The notes beneath the pieces are model-generated. The model did not search any database, had not been told where the DNA came from, and was given only the letters and a program-made list of their open reading frames with translations. This document shows, piece by piece, positions 45,984 through 55,436 of a stretch of DNA of 64,000 nucleotides. The DNA is from an uncultured Candidatus Saccharibacteria bacterium (lineage in GTDB: Bacteria; Patescibacteriota; WWE3; UBA101185; UBA10185): contig CAYSWS010000002.1 in the NCBI GenBank assembly GCA_964434935.1, positions 8,320 through 72,319 of the forward strand. The letters are read 5' to 3'. Every line of letters begins with the position of its first letter. Position 1 is the stretch's first letter. Position numbers and translations under genes: made by a program.

Positions 45984-48851
45984 ATGTTTAAAGTACCGGA
46001 AAGAAAGAGCATCCCCCAAATAGAGGAAAAGATACTTAAATTTTGGCAGGAAAATAAGATCTTCGAAAAATCCGTCAAAAGCAGACCTGGATCCCAGCTT
46101 TACGTTTTCTATGACGGACCCCCGTTCATATCAGGCCTTCCCCATTATGGACATTTATTAAGTTCCATTGCCAAGGATATTATTCCCCGATATTGGACCA
46201 TGAAAGGGAAAAGAGTAGAAAGAGTCTGGGGTTGGGATGCGCATGGATTAACTGTAGAGAACAGCGTACAAAAAATTTTAGGCATAAAAAGCAGACGTGA
46301 TATAGAAGGTTACGGTTTAGAGAAATTCATAAAAGAATGTTATAAGTACACTTCCGAAACTTCAGAAGAATGGGTCTGGTACATAGATAAAATAGCTCGC
46401 TGGGTGGATATGGAGCATGCCTACAAAACTACGGACAAAGATTATATGGAGTCGGTCATCTGGGCCTTTAAGCAGCTTTATGACAAGGGCCACATTTACG
46501 AAGGTGTCTATACCTCACTTTTCTGTACCACTTGCGGCACTCCGGTCTCCAACTTTGAGATCGCCATGGACAACACCTATAAAGATGCGGAGGATCCCTC
46601 GATCATTGTAAAATTTGAGGTTTTGACGCCGGGTAAATTCAAAGGAGACTACATTTTGGCCTGGACTACTACTCCCTGGACCATGCCTTCCAACAGAGGT
46701 TTGGTAGTCGATAAAAAGGAAACTTATGTGAAGGCAGTCAGCCAGGGAGAAACTTATATTGTGGCTAAAAAGCTGGCAGACAGCGTGTTCTCCGGCAGAC
46801 CTTTTGCTATTAAAGCAGAGTTTTTGGGGGAAGAGCTTTTAGGTTTGGAATATCAACCGCCTTATGAATTTTTTACCAAGAATTTGGCTGATTTCAAAGT
46901 TTATGAGTATGAAGGCATGGTGAGTATGGAGGAGGGCACAGGCATTGTTCATTCGGCGCCCGGTTTTGGGGAAATTGATACGCAGATGGGCTATCACTAC
47001 GGTTTGCGTATCATGCTCAGTCTGGATGATGAGGGGAAATTTATAGCTGGAGATACGGGTAAGAATCCCTATGAAGGTATGTTCTATGCCCAAGCTAATG
47101 AACTCATAAATAAAGATCTCAAAGATCGTGGACTGATGTTTTACAGCGGTACCATCATGCACAGGTTTCCCTACCACGATAGGTGTGACACCTGGCTCAT
47201 ACAGAAGGCTCAAAATTCATGGTTTGTGAACATACAAAATCTTAAGGCCAAAATGCTTGAATATAATGAGAATATAAATTGGGTGCCCGAACATTTGAAA
47301 CATGGGCGTTTCCAGCATGTCATAGAAAATGCTCCCGACTGGTGTATATCCAGGTCAAGATTTTGGGGAGCTCCCATGCCCGTGTGGCGCGCTCCGGACG
47401 GGGAAACCATTGTCATCGGCTCTATTGCCGAGTTGGAAGAGTTATCAGGCGAAGAAGTAAAAGATCTGCACCGTCCTTATATTGACGACATCACCATAAA
47501 AAAAGATGGCAAGATCTTTACCAGGATATCTGAAGTGTTGGATTCCTGGTTCGAGGCCGGCTCCATGCCCTACGCTCAGCTCCACTATCCTTTTGAGAAC
47601 CAGGAGAAATTCGACAAGAATTTCCCCGGGGACTACATCATCGAATACATTGCCCAAGTCAGAGCTTGGTTCAATATGATGCACAGGCTTTCCACCGCCT
47701 TATTTGAGTCTAATTCTTTCAAGAATGTCATTTCCACCGGGGTCATGGCGGGAAACGACGGCAGAAAAATGAGCAAGACCTACAAGAACTTCACCGATCC
47801 TAAAGAGGTGTTGGAGACTATAGGCGGGGATGCATTGAGGCTGTACCTCATGAACTCACCTTTGATGGTGGGGGAAAACGCCAACTTTGATCTCATCGAA
47901 CTTAAGAATAAATCGAGAAATGTACTCAACCCCTTATTAAACAGTCTTAAATTCTTTTTGATCTACGCAAACTTGCATAATTGGCATCCAAAAGATATAA
48001 AAAAAGAGCCTGAAGGTGAACATGTATTGGATAAGTGGATCCTGACCAGACTGCACCAGGTCACAAGGGACTTTACGGTAAATATTGAGAAGTACTATGT
48101 ACCTCAAGCCATACAGCCTTTGGAAGATTTTGTCGATGATCTTTCCCGCTGGTATGTGAGGCGCTCCCGGGACAGGATCTCCGACAATGAGGGCAATGTG
48201 ATGGAGGTTTTTTACCACGTACTGGTGACATTTTCTAAGGTCTGTGCTCCGGTGACGCCTTTTTTGGCGGAAGAAATATATCAGCAATTGAAATTACCTC
48301 ATGACTTTGAAGAAAGTGTTCATCTGGAAACCTACCCACAGTATGATGAGGGCATCATCAGCCAGCATGAAGAGCTGTTGATGTTCATGCAGCAAGCTAG
48401 GGATATGGTCAGCGCCGCTTTATCGATCAGGGTAAATAACAAGATCCCCGTGAGGCAGCCCCTGGAAAGCTTGATCACCACCGAAAAATACAAACTACCC
48501 GAAGAGTACCTGACCATTATCAAGGATGAGACCAATATCAAGGACATCATATTCAAGAATGATCTGGAAGATCTGCCGGAAAATAGTAAAGATCAGCAGC
48601 AGATGGTAGCTCTCAACATAAATATCAGTGCCGAACTTAAGAAAGAAGGCTTACTCAGAGATATCATCAGAAGATTCCAGGACGAAAGGAAGAAAAATAA
48701 ATTAAGAGTAAATGACAGGATCATAGCTACCTATCCGGACCAAAAAGATATAAAAGAGGTTGTGCATAGTTTTGAGAGTGAACTTAAAGAAAAGATCTTG
48801 GCAGACAAATTGATATCCGGCAAAGATTATGCCGTTGAACTATCTGAATAA
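45984..48851 (+). CDS. ileS: Isoleucine--tRNA ligase, type 2 (eukaryote-like)
   Basis: Class I motifs PPFISGLPHYGH (HYGH variant typical of type-2 IleRS) and KMSKT; CP1 editing domain. 955 aa. Confidence 0.9.
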   Translation: MFKVPERKSIPQIEEKILKFWQENKIFEKSVKSRPGSQLYVFYDGPPFISGLPHYGHLLSSIAKDIIPRYWTMKGKRVERVWGWDAHGLTVENSVQKILGIKSRRDIEGYGLEKFIKECYKYTSETSEEWVWYIDKIARWVDMEHAYKTTDKDYMESVIWAFKQLYDKGHIYEGVYTSLFCTTCGTPVSNFEIAMDNTYKDAEDPSIIVKFEVLTPGKFKGDYILAWTTTPWTMPSNRGLVVDKKETYVKAVSQGETYIVAKKLADSVFSGRPFAIKAEFLGEELLGLEYQPPYEFFTKNLADFKVYEYEGMVSMEEGTGIVHSAPGFGEIDTQMGYHYGLRIMLSLDDEGKFIAGDTGKNPYEGMFYAQANELINKDLKDRGLMFYSGTIMHRFPYHDRCDTWLIQKAQNSWFVNIQNLKAKMLEYNENINWVPEHLKHGRFQHVIENAPDWCISRSRFWGAPMPVWRAPDGETIVIGSIAELEELSGEEVKDLHRPYIDDITIKKDGKIFTRISEVLDSWFEAGSMPYAQLHYPFENQEKFDKNFPGDYIIEYIAQVRAWFNMMHRLSTALFESNSFKNVISTGVMAGNDGRKMSKTYKNFTDPKEVLETIGGDALRLYLMNSPLMVGENANFDLIELKNKSRNVLNPLLNSLKFFLIYANLHNWHPKDIKKEPEGEHVLDKWILTRLHQVTRDFTVNIEKYYVPQAIQPLEDFVDDLSRWYVRRSRDRISDNEGNVMEVFYHVLVTFSKVCAPVTPFLAEEIYQQLKLPHDFEESVHLETYPQYDEGIISQHEELLMFMQQARDMVSAALSIRVNNKIPVRQPLESLITTEKYKLPEEYLTIIKDETNIKDIIFKNDLEDLPENSKDQQQMVALNINISAELKKEGLLRDIIRRFQDERKKNKLRVNDRIIATYPDQKDIKEVVHSFESELKEKILADKLISGKDYAVELSE

Positions 48852-49906
48852 TGATAAGAAAACTTAACATATCGCTTATTTTAATGCCCGTTCTCATTTT
48901 TGTTTTCGGCTTTATAACGTTGCTTTCCACATCTCCTTCGCTAATAAAGAACCACATGTTGTTCTTTCTGGTGGGCTTATTGTTTTATGGAGTTTTTGTT
49001 TTCATCGATTACACCTTATATAGATACGCCTGGAAGTACCTGTATTTTTTAGGAGCCGTCTTACTACTGATAACCGACTTTTTTGCCGAATTCAGATCAG
49101 GCGCCGCTCGTTGGTTGAGCGTCGGGCAGGCTAGTTTTCAAACTTCCGAAATAGCCAAATTGTTCTTGATCATAGCTGTGGCTTCATTTGTGGTGGAGAA
49201 TAAAGGCAGCTTAAATAATATAAAAAATGTTTTGCTGGTGTCTTTTCTCACCCTAACTTATGTCATCCTCATTCTCGTTCAGCCGGACCTGGGATCTTCC
49301 ATAGTGGTTTTACTTGTCACCGCCGGCATAATGTTCTATGGGGGTTTTAGCAAGCTTTATATGTTGGTAGGGATCTTCGTGACCGGTATCTTTTCTACCC
49401 CTTTGTGGCATTTGCTCAAGGACTATCAAAAAGAAAGGATCTTGGTATTCCTAAATCCTCAGCTGGATGTGCTGGGATCAGGATATAATGTTATCCAGTC
49501 TTTGATAGCCGTAGGTTCGGGAGGCTTGACGGGAAAAGGTTTTGGACAAGGAACTCAGGCAAATCTGCAATTTCTGCCTGCTTATTGGACGGACTTCATC
49601 TTTGCTTCTTTTTCCGAGGAGTGGGGATTTGTGGGTGTCTTTTTATTCATTTCGATTTACACATTAATGTTATATTTCTTTTTACGGATCATCAGCGAAA
49701 TAGAAGACCTATTTGGTAAGCTGTTATGCGTGGGAATTTTTATGATGTATTTTTCACAGTTTACCATCAATGTGGGTATGAACTTAGGTATATTGCCCGT
49801 GACGGGAGTCACCCTGCCTCTGGTGTCGTATGGAGGGAGCTCAATTCTCATCTCCCTGGTCTCCTTAGGAATAGTACAAAATATATGGGTGAAAAGCAGA
49901 CCGTAG
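48851..49906 (+). CDS. SEDS family protein (RodA/FtsW-like), second copy
   Basis: Multi-TM protein with the C-terminal LPVTGVTLPLVSYGGSSILISL motif. Its start overlaps the ileS stop. Confidence 0.85.
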   Translation: MIRKLNISLILMPVLIFVFGFITLLSTSPSLIKNHMLFFLVGLLFYGVFVFIDYTLYRYAWKYLYFLGAVLLLITDFFAEFRSGAARWLSVGQASFQTSEIAKLFLIIAVASFVVENKGSLNNIKNVLLVSFLTLTYVILILVQPDLGSSIVVLLVTAGIMFYGGFSKLYMLVGIFVTGIFSTPLWHLLKDYQKERILVFLNPQLDVLGSGYNVIQSLIAVGSGGLTGKGFGQGTQANLQFLPAYWTDFIFASFSEEWGFVGVFLFISIYTLMLYFFLRIISEIEDLFGKLLCVGIFMMYFSQFTINVGMNLGILPVTGVTLPLVSYGGSSILISLVSLGIVQNIWVKSRP

Positions 49907-49945
49907 TAAATTTATATAAATATTTGGTTATGTTATATTAAGAAT

Positions 49946-51310
49946 ATGCAAGATATCACCGTTTCTTTAAGCGACAACGTACTCAAAGTTAGCATTATCG
50001 AAAATAAGGAATTCAAAGGTGTCTCAGCTGACGTTACTAAAGACGTAGTAGATGATAATAGGATCCTGAACAACCAGGAGTTCGCTGTAGCTTTGAAAGA
50101 GCTTATCTCAGCCGTCACGGATAAAAAGCCCAGAAATCTAGCCCTTAACATTCTCATAGAACCCAACGACGTACTCTTTAAATTTGTCACGGTTAACAAG
50201 CATGGCGGAGAGATAGAGGATCAGATCATTAACGAGGTCAAGACCAAAGATAAAGATTTCCCGTTGGAAGAAATGTATTTTTCTTACCAAAAGATCGCAC
50301 CTTTTGTTTACCAATTCATAGGTGTAAAGAAAGAGGTTCTTGATAGTTACCTTGAGGTGGCGACCCTGCTGGAAATGAGCTTAAAGTGCGTTATTCCCTG
50401 GACCATACTTTTACCTCGGTTTACCAACAAGAATGAGCCAGCTATTTATATCTCCAAAGTAGCCGGTAAACAGGTAGTGGTCTTATCTGAATTCAACGGT
50501 GTGTTCTTCTCAGGTATTTACGAAGAAGATAAATCGACCAAAGAACTGCAAAAAATAGTCCAAGAGCTTTCTGTCTTTAAGAGGTCTGATCCCATCAACA
50601 AAGTTTATATTTATAATTACGACAATTTTAGCCTCAATCCTGATTATCAGGTGCTGGATATAGAGATTCCCAACAGTGACCTGGAAGAGGCCAAAGGCTA
50701 TGAAATGCACTTATTGCAGGGTTACATGAAGGATAACGACAAAGACATTTTGACCACGCAGGTCAACTTGCTAAATCTGCTGCCTGTTCCCGTGGTGGTA
50801 AAGGAAAGGAATATGGCGCTGGTTTACAGTGGAGCAGCAAGCTTGATCTTACTGCTGGGTTTGTTGATAGGCGGGGGGATCCTCATGAACAGAAGTCGAC
50901 AGCATGATAAAGATATGGCAGGAAACAATGCAAACAAGGAAGTTTTAAGCGAAGATACTCAAGTTAACAACCAGGATGAACAAAACCAGCCTCAGCCAGC
51001 GGAGAAAAAACTAGACCTAAAACAAGAGGACCTGACGTTACGAATCGAGAACGGCGCTGGAATTCCCGGAGTAGCAGGTAGGACGGAGACGTTTCTCAGT
51101 GAAAAAGGGTATGTTGTGGACAGTATAGGTAATGCAAATGAGGTGGGATTGGAACAAACACTGATCAGGATCAAGCCGGATAAAAGTTCCTATAAGGATC
51201 TGTTGCTGGAAGATATGAAGCAGTATTTTGATGCCAAGGTACAGGAAGATCTGCCGGCTGATTCTGCCTACGACGCTTTGATAATTGTCGGAACTGATGC
51301 AAAAATCTAA
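49946..51310 (+). CDS. Hypothetical membrane protein with C-terminal LytR_C domain
   Basis: A roughly 270-aa cytoplasmic region is followed by one TM helix (LVYSGAASLILLLGLLIGGGILM), a low-complexity Q/N-rich linker, and a C-terminal segment (LTLRIENGAGIPGVAGRTETFLSEKGYVVDSIGNANEVGLEQTLIRI) matching the LytR_C pattern. Confidence 0.55.
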   Translation: MQDITVSLSDNVLKVSIIENKEFKGVSADVTKDVVDDNRILNNQEFAVALKELISAVTDKKPRNLALNILIEPNDVLFKFVTVNKHGGEIEDQIINEVKTKDKDFPLEEMYFSYQKIAPFVYQFIGVKKEVLDSYLEVATLLEMSLKCVIPWTILLPRFTNKNEPAIYISKVAGKQVVVLSEFNGVFFSGIYEEDKSTKELQKIVQELSVFKRSDPINKVYIYNYDNFSLNPDYQVLDIEIPNSDLEEAKGYEMHLLQGYMKDNDKDILTTQVNLLNLLPVPVVVKERNMALVYSGAASLILLLGLLIGGGILMNRSRQHDKDMAGNNANKEVLSEDTQVNNQDEQNQPQPAEKKLDLKQEDLTLRIENGAGIPGVAGRTETFLSEKGYVVDSIGNANEVGLEQTLIRIKPDKSSYKDLLLEDMKQYFDAKVQEDLPADSAYDALIIVGTDAKI

Positions 51311-51602
51311 TAGTTTTATCTGCAAACATTGTAAAAAAGAGGTTTTATATAAAGCTCCCGGTACCAGGCACAGGAACCACTGCCCTTTTTGTCTACACTC
51401 CTTTCATGTAGATAAGCAGGTGGGTGATAGAAGATCTGCCTGTTGGGGGTTGATGGTCCCGGTGGGGAAAATATATAAAAAAGATGGAGAAGAGGTTTTA
51501 GTGCACGAATGCGTTAAGTGCGGTTTTATCCGCAAGAATAGGATTGCCGGTGATGATAGCTGGGAATTGGTGGAAAAACTGCCCGTGCTGGAATTCTTTT
51601 AG
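51285..51602 (+). CDS. RNHCP domain zinc-ribbon protein
   Basis: FICKHCKKEVLYKAPGTRHRNHCPFCLHSFHVD...CVKCGF includes the literal RNHCP motif and two CxxC pairs. The likely start is 51297 (MQKSN), overlapping the upstream gene by 14 nt. Confidence 0.7.
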   Translation: MSELMQKSNSFICKHCKKEVLYKAPGTRHRNHCPFCLHSFHVDKQVGDRRSACWGLMVPVGKIYKKDGEEVLVHECVKCGFIRKNRIAGDDSWELVEKLPVLEFF

Positions 51603-51659
51603 GGATGGTCGTAAACTTGCTCTTGAAGTGTCTTTATAGTACTATTCTTTCTGTTTGTT

Positions 51660-52049
51660 ATGACATATGCAGTGATCCGCCTAGGCGGAAGACAATTTAA
51701 AGTATCTGAAGGTGAGGTTATAAAACTGGAACGACAAGCCAGCGACAAAAATGAGGTATTGCTTTACTCTGACGGGAAGAACGTAGCTATTGGCGATCCG
51801 GTGTTGACAAATATTGAGGTAGTGCTAAAGAATCTGGAGGATAGAAGGGATAGAAAAGTCCGCATAGGTAGGTTCAAAGGCAAATCCAGATACCGAAAAA
51901 TTCGGGGGCACAAACAACCTTTAAGTGTTTTCTCAGTGGAAAAGATAGGTGAAAAAGGTAAAAAGGCCGCTGTAGAAGAAAAGAAGGTTGAGGTTAAACC
52001 GTCAGCGGCTAAAAAAAGAGGTAGACCTGCCAAGAAAAAGGAAGAATAA
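51660..52049 (+). CDS. rplU: 50S ribosomal protein bL21 with Lys-rich C-terminal extension
   Basis: MTYAVIRLGGRQFKVSEGEVIKLE... L21 core (about 100 aa) plus a 30-aa tail that includes AAKKRGRPAKKK. Confidence 0.92.
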   Translation: MTYAVIRLGGRQFKVSEGEVIKLERQASDKNEVLLYSDGKNVAIGDPVLTNIEVVLKNLEDRRDRKVRIGRFKGKSRYRKIRGHKQPLSVFSVEKIGEKGKKAAVEEKKVEVKPSAAKKRGRPAKKKEE

Positions 52050-52056
52050 TTAATAT

Positions 52057-52314
52057 ATGGCACATAAAAAAGCCGGCGGTGCGCAGGCAAGACAATCAGG
52101 TAATGTTGTAGGAAAAAGGTTAGGACTTAAAGTGTCCGGAGGTCAAGCTGTAAAACCTGGCCAGATCATTGTTAGACAAAGAGGAAAAAGGTTCGATCCG
52201 GGAGAGAATGTGGGCATGGGCAAAGATTTCACCATTTTTTCCAAGGTAAGCGGAATTGTGGAGTTTGTGTGGAAAAACAAAAAAAAGAAAAAGATCAATG
52301 TTCGATCAGTCTGA
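52057..52314 (+). CDS. rpmA: 50S ribosomal protein bL27
   Basis: [32 protein letters not shown]... canonical L27. Confidence 0.95.
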   Translation: MAHKKAGGAQARQSGNVVGKRLGLKVSGGQAVKPGQIIVRQRGKRFDPGENVGMGKDFTIFSKVSGIVEFVWKNKKKKKINVRSV

Positions 52315-52849
52315 TGCTGTTTAACGGATAATAGACCAGGAGCGCCCTTCCTACTATCAATTCCTCCCTTATGGCCCCGAGAGTTCTTGAATCTGAGCTT
52401 TTCTCCCTGTTATCTCCCATGAGAACGTAACTGTACGGTGGCACATTATACTCTTCACCCTCTTCAATACTTTGATTCCCCAGGGTCAATATCCCCGGCG
52501 CAAGGTAAGGTTCTGCCAGAACCACATCGTTAATAAATACCTGACCGTTTTCCAACTTGATCTTTTCCAAGGGTAAGGCGATGACCCTTTTTATCAGCAG
52601 CCGTGTATGTTCCTCAGGATGTCTAAAAATAACAATTTCTCCCCGTTCCAGGGGTTTAAATCTGGTAGACAACTTTTCCGCTATCACCTGTTCCTTATCA
52701 TGAAGAGTAGGTTCCATGGATTCACCGGTGACTTCCAGAAGTTGCCCTAGGAAAAGGTATACCAGCAAGAAAATTGTGGCACCAATGATAGTAATTTCGA
52801 TGAAATCAAGTAAAATATCAAATATAGATCTCTTGGCCGAGGCAGACAT
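52295..52849 (-). CDS. lepB: Signal peptidase I (S26 family)
   Basis: TM helix, catalytic Ser in GESMEPTL, and a Lys box in the C-terminal half. 184 aa. Confidence 0.85.
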   Translation of the reverse strand: MSASAKRSIFDILLDFIEITIIGATIFLLVYLFLGQLLEVTGESMEPTLHDKEQVIAEKLSTRFKPLERGEIVIFRHPEEHTRLLIKRVIALPLEKIKLENGQVFINDVVLAEPYLAPGILTLGNQSIEEGEEYNVPPYSYVLMGDNREKSSDSRTLGAIREELIVGRALLVYYPLNSIRLIEH

Positions 52850-52893
52850 TAATTAATTTTAGTCGAAATATTGTAAAATAACAGTACTAATTT

Positions 52894-52970
52894 GGACTCA
52901 TAGCTCAGTTGGTTAGAGCGTTCGGGTCACATCCGAAAGGCCCCAGGTTCGAATCCTGGTGAGTCCACCA
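52894..52970 (+). tRNA. tRNA-Val (anticodon CAC), CCA encoded
   Basis: Cloverleaf read by hand: acceptor GGACTCA/TGAGTCC, D-arm GCTC-AGTTGGTTA-GAGC, anticodon arm TTCGG-GTCACAT-CCGAA, T-arm CCAGG-TTCGAAT-CCTGG, ACCA tail. Confidence 0.9.
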
Positions 52971-52971
52971 A

Positions 52972-54288
52972 TTAATCAATGAACTCCTGCTGCAGCAGGC
53001 TCCACAGCTCAGCATAACCTCCGTCATAGCCCAGCGCCCATATACCCACTCCAGCCAGGTCCAGGTCATTGATCATGTCATATTTAACCTTCAGAGAATC
53101 CACATCGTCATAGAACACCTCACGCACAGAGCCTGTTTCCGGGCTTATATATGTGAAATAAGGTGTTTTTGCCAGATCATCCCACTTCACGTCAGGTTTT
53201 ACTGTAAGAACAGTCTCCATAATGGCTTCATAAGTTTGGGATTGAGAATATCCCGAATCATCACTGCCGCTTATGCGCTTGGCGTATTTGTCATCTCTTT
53301 CCACTACCCAGTTGTAGCCGTAGTAAGGTACTCCCAAAACGATCTTATTAGGTGGAACATAAGCTAGATAATCGTGCATCATGGTGCCCAGGTCGTATTC
53401 TGCATGAACACCTTTGCCGCCAATGGGAGAGACCGGTCCGGCTGTATCGGAAGAAGGACGGTGAAAATCATAGCCCATGATAAATATAAGATCAGCGGCT
53501 TTTCCCAGACCCTCGATATCAGTTATCCGGTCCTTGACCACGGAATCGGCAAAGGTTGAAACGGTCAAGGTTGAATCCCCGATGGTTTCGTCCAGTTTCT
53601 TGTTCAAAAAGTCAACAAATTCGGTGTATTGGCGAGCCTTTTCCTTGGGCGTATATTGCACATACTCAAAATTCAAATTCACATCCTTGATGTCTTTTTC
53701 GATAAGCTCGTTAATGATGTTGTTGGAAAGGTTAAGCCAGCACTCCCGACAATCGAGGAATTTATCGGAAACATCATCCACGTGTGAGATGATGGTCAGC
53801 GCAAAATTCACATTGTGCTTTTTAGCTTCAGCTATAATATCGGTAAGCTCTTTACTGTTCTTCCATTGATTGTAACCGGGTACCGTTTCTCCATTCTGGT
53901 ATTTAAGAAAATCACCGTTGGCATCGATGTAAAGCCCAAAATAAGCGATATCGGTCAGTTTATCGTATTGGAAATATTTAGCTTCTTCTAACGTCCAATA
54001 AGGTAAATAACCGTAAATTATTTTTTTGGGCGGTTCCCGCACATTGTTAAAAGACAAAATACTAAAGGAGCTACCCATAGGGGAAAGGATCTTAAGCTCG
54101 GGGTTTCTTTTATTTACAATGCGATCCAAACTAAAGAACGCTCCGGATAAAAGTACCAACACCAAAGATGCGACCATGGCAGTTTTAATCTTCACAAAAC
54201 TCATTTTACTTGAATTTATGCACTTTATGAAGATGTCGCGGCAAATGATAGAATATCCTTGTGCATAAAAGGCTTGTCTTGTATTCAA
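52972..54288 (-). CDS. Glycoside hydrolase family 18-like secreted protein (chitinase/YaaH-like fold); probable start at 54204 (MSFVKIK... signal peptide)
   Basis: Signal peptide/TM helix, a GH18-type motif ending in the catalytic Glu (KDVNLNFEY is a DxxNxNxE variant), and the C-terminal W-rich segment GVGIWALGYDGGY typical of GH18 barrels. Confidence 0.65.
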   Translation of the reverse strand: MNTRQAFYAQGYSIICRDIFIKCINSSKMSFVKIKTAMVASLVLVLLSGAFFSLDRIVNKRNPELKILSPMGSSFSILSFNNVREPPKKIIYGYLPYWTLEEAKYFQYDKLTDIAYFGLYIDANGDFLKYQNGETVPGYNQWKNSKELTDIIAEAKKHNVNFALTIISHVDDVSDKFLDCRECWLNLSNNIINELIEKDIKDVNLNFEYVQYTPKEKARQYTEFVDFLNKKLDETIGDSTLTVSTFADSVVKDRITDIEGLGKAADLIFIMGYDFHRPSSDTAGPVSPIGGKGVHAEYDLGTMMHDYLAYVPPNKIVLGVPYYGYNWVVERDDKYAKRISGSDDSGYSQSQTYEAIMETVLTVKPDVKWDDLAKTPYFTYISPETGSVREVFYDDVDSLKVKYDMINDLDLAGVGIWALGYDGGYAELWSLLQQEFID

Positions 54289-55436
54289 TAATTTCCTTTC
54301 TGGTCACTCTAACTGCTCTTTTGGGCATCTACTTCTTTGTCTTCCCTAAACAAGAATATGCTGTGAGGGAAGATATTTTAAGTTTTGTGCAGCACAGGAT
54401 ATATCAGAGCGGTAATTGTGACTATGGAGAGAGCCTGGGCTATGTAAGATATTCCGGAGACCAATGGGACAAGAACAATAAATTTGGTTTATATGTCTAC
54501 GCTGAGAACAGGAACTATTTTGAGTTTGCCCAACAGCTGGTAAATTCTCATGGCGGAGATTGGGGCTATGTTCTCATTCCTTTTAATGTTAAAGACAAAG
54601 ACATGGAAAAGTGGGGTAGAGTGTTCGAACAATTAAGGAACAAACATTTGATCCCAATAATACAGCTTTGGGATGTGGACCTGAATAAATATAAAGAGCA
54701 AACCAAAGAGGCGGCTGAGTTTCTAAACATCTTCATCTGGCCCATCAAAGAAAGATATGTCAGTGTTTATAATGAGCCCAATTCAGCCGATTTTTGGTAT
54801 GGTGCCATTGACCCTGCAGAGTATGCACAAATATTGGACTACACCATAAAAACTTTTAAAGATATGAACGGAGATTATTTTATGCTTAATGGGGCTTTTA
54901 ATGTCAGCGCTCCTACGGAGAAGAACCATTTGGACTCATTTATTTTTATGGAGAGAATGAACGAAGAGATACCTGGCATATTCGATGAGCTTGATGGCTG
55001 GGCCTCCCACTCTTATCCCCAGCCTAACTTCAGCGGCAGCCCATTTGCCAGCGGCAGGTGGAGCATCAGAGCTTACGAGAATGAGTTGGAAGAGTTAAAG
55101 CAGTTGGGTGTGACAAAAGAGCTGCCTGTCTTTATTACGGAAACCGGCTGGGCGCACGCCCAAGGCAAGGACCATAACGATAGCTATTATGATGCTGAGC
55201 TTGTGGCTGAGTATTTTAAGATTAGTTTTGAGCAAGTGTGGCTGCCGGATGATCGGGTGCGTGCTGTGACCCCATTTACCATTAGCTACCCCGCGCCTTT
55301 TGACCATTTTTCCTGGATAAACTCGGACTATGTGCCCTATAAACAGTACGATGAAATAAAGTCCATGGAAAAAGTGGCCGGGAATCCACCGCACTTTGAA
55401 GAAGATAGTTTAAGAATTTCAGGCTGCAATGAATAA
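54261..55436 (+). CDS. Membrane-anchored putative clan GH-A (GH5-like) glycoside hydrolase
   Basis: N-terminal TM helix, acid/base-type motif VSVYNEPN and nucleophile-type motif PVFITETGW about 120 aa downstream, the spacing expected for (beta/alpha)8 clan A enzymes. Confidence 0.5.
   Translation: MHKRLVLYSIISFLVTLTALLGIYFFVFPKQEYAVREDILSFVQHRIYQSGNCDYGESLGYVRYSGDQWDKNNKFGLYVYAENRNYFEFAQQLVNSHGGDWGYVLIPFNVKDKDMEKWGRVFEQLRNKHLIPIIQLWDVDLNKYKEQTKEAAEFLNIFIWPIKERYVSVYNEPNSADFWYGAIDPAEYAQILDYTIKTFKDMNGDYFMLNGAFNVSAPTEKNHLDSFIFMERMNEEIPGIFDELDGWASHSYPQPNFSGSPFASGRWSIRAYENELEELKQLGVTKELPVFITETGWAHAQGKDHNDSYYDAELVAEYFKISFEQVWLPDDRVRAVTPFTISYPAPFDHFSWINSDYVPYKQYDEIKSMEKVAGNPPHFEEDSLRISGCNE

Noticed and set aside
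52972-54288. GH18 protein as catalytically dead because of the DxxNxNxE motif
   Set aside because: The classical GH18 pattern tolerates Asn at both Asp positions and the catalytic Glu is present. Inactivity cannot be inferred from the motif alone.
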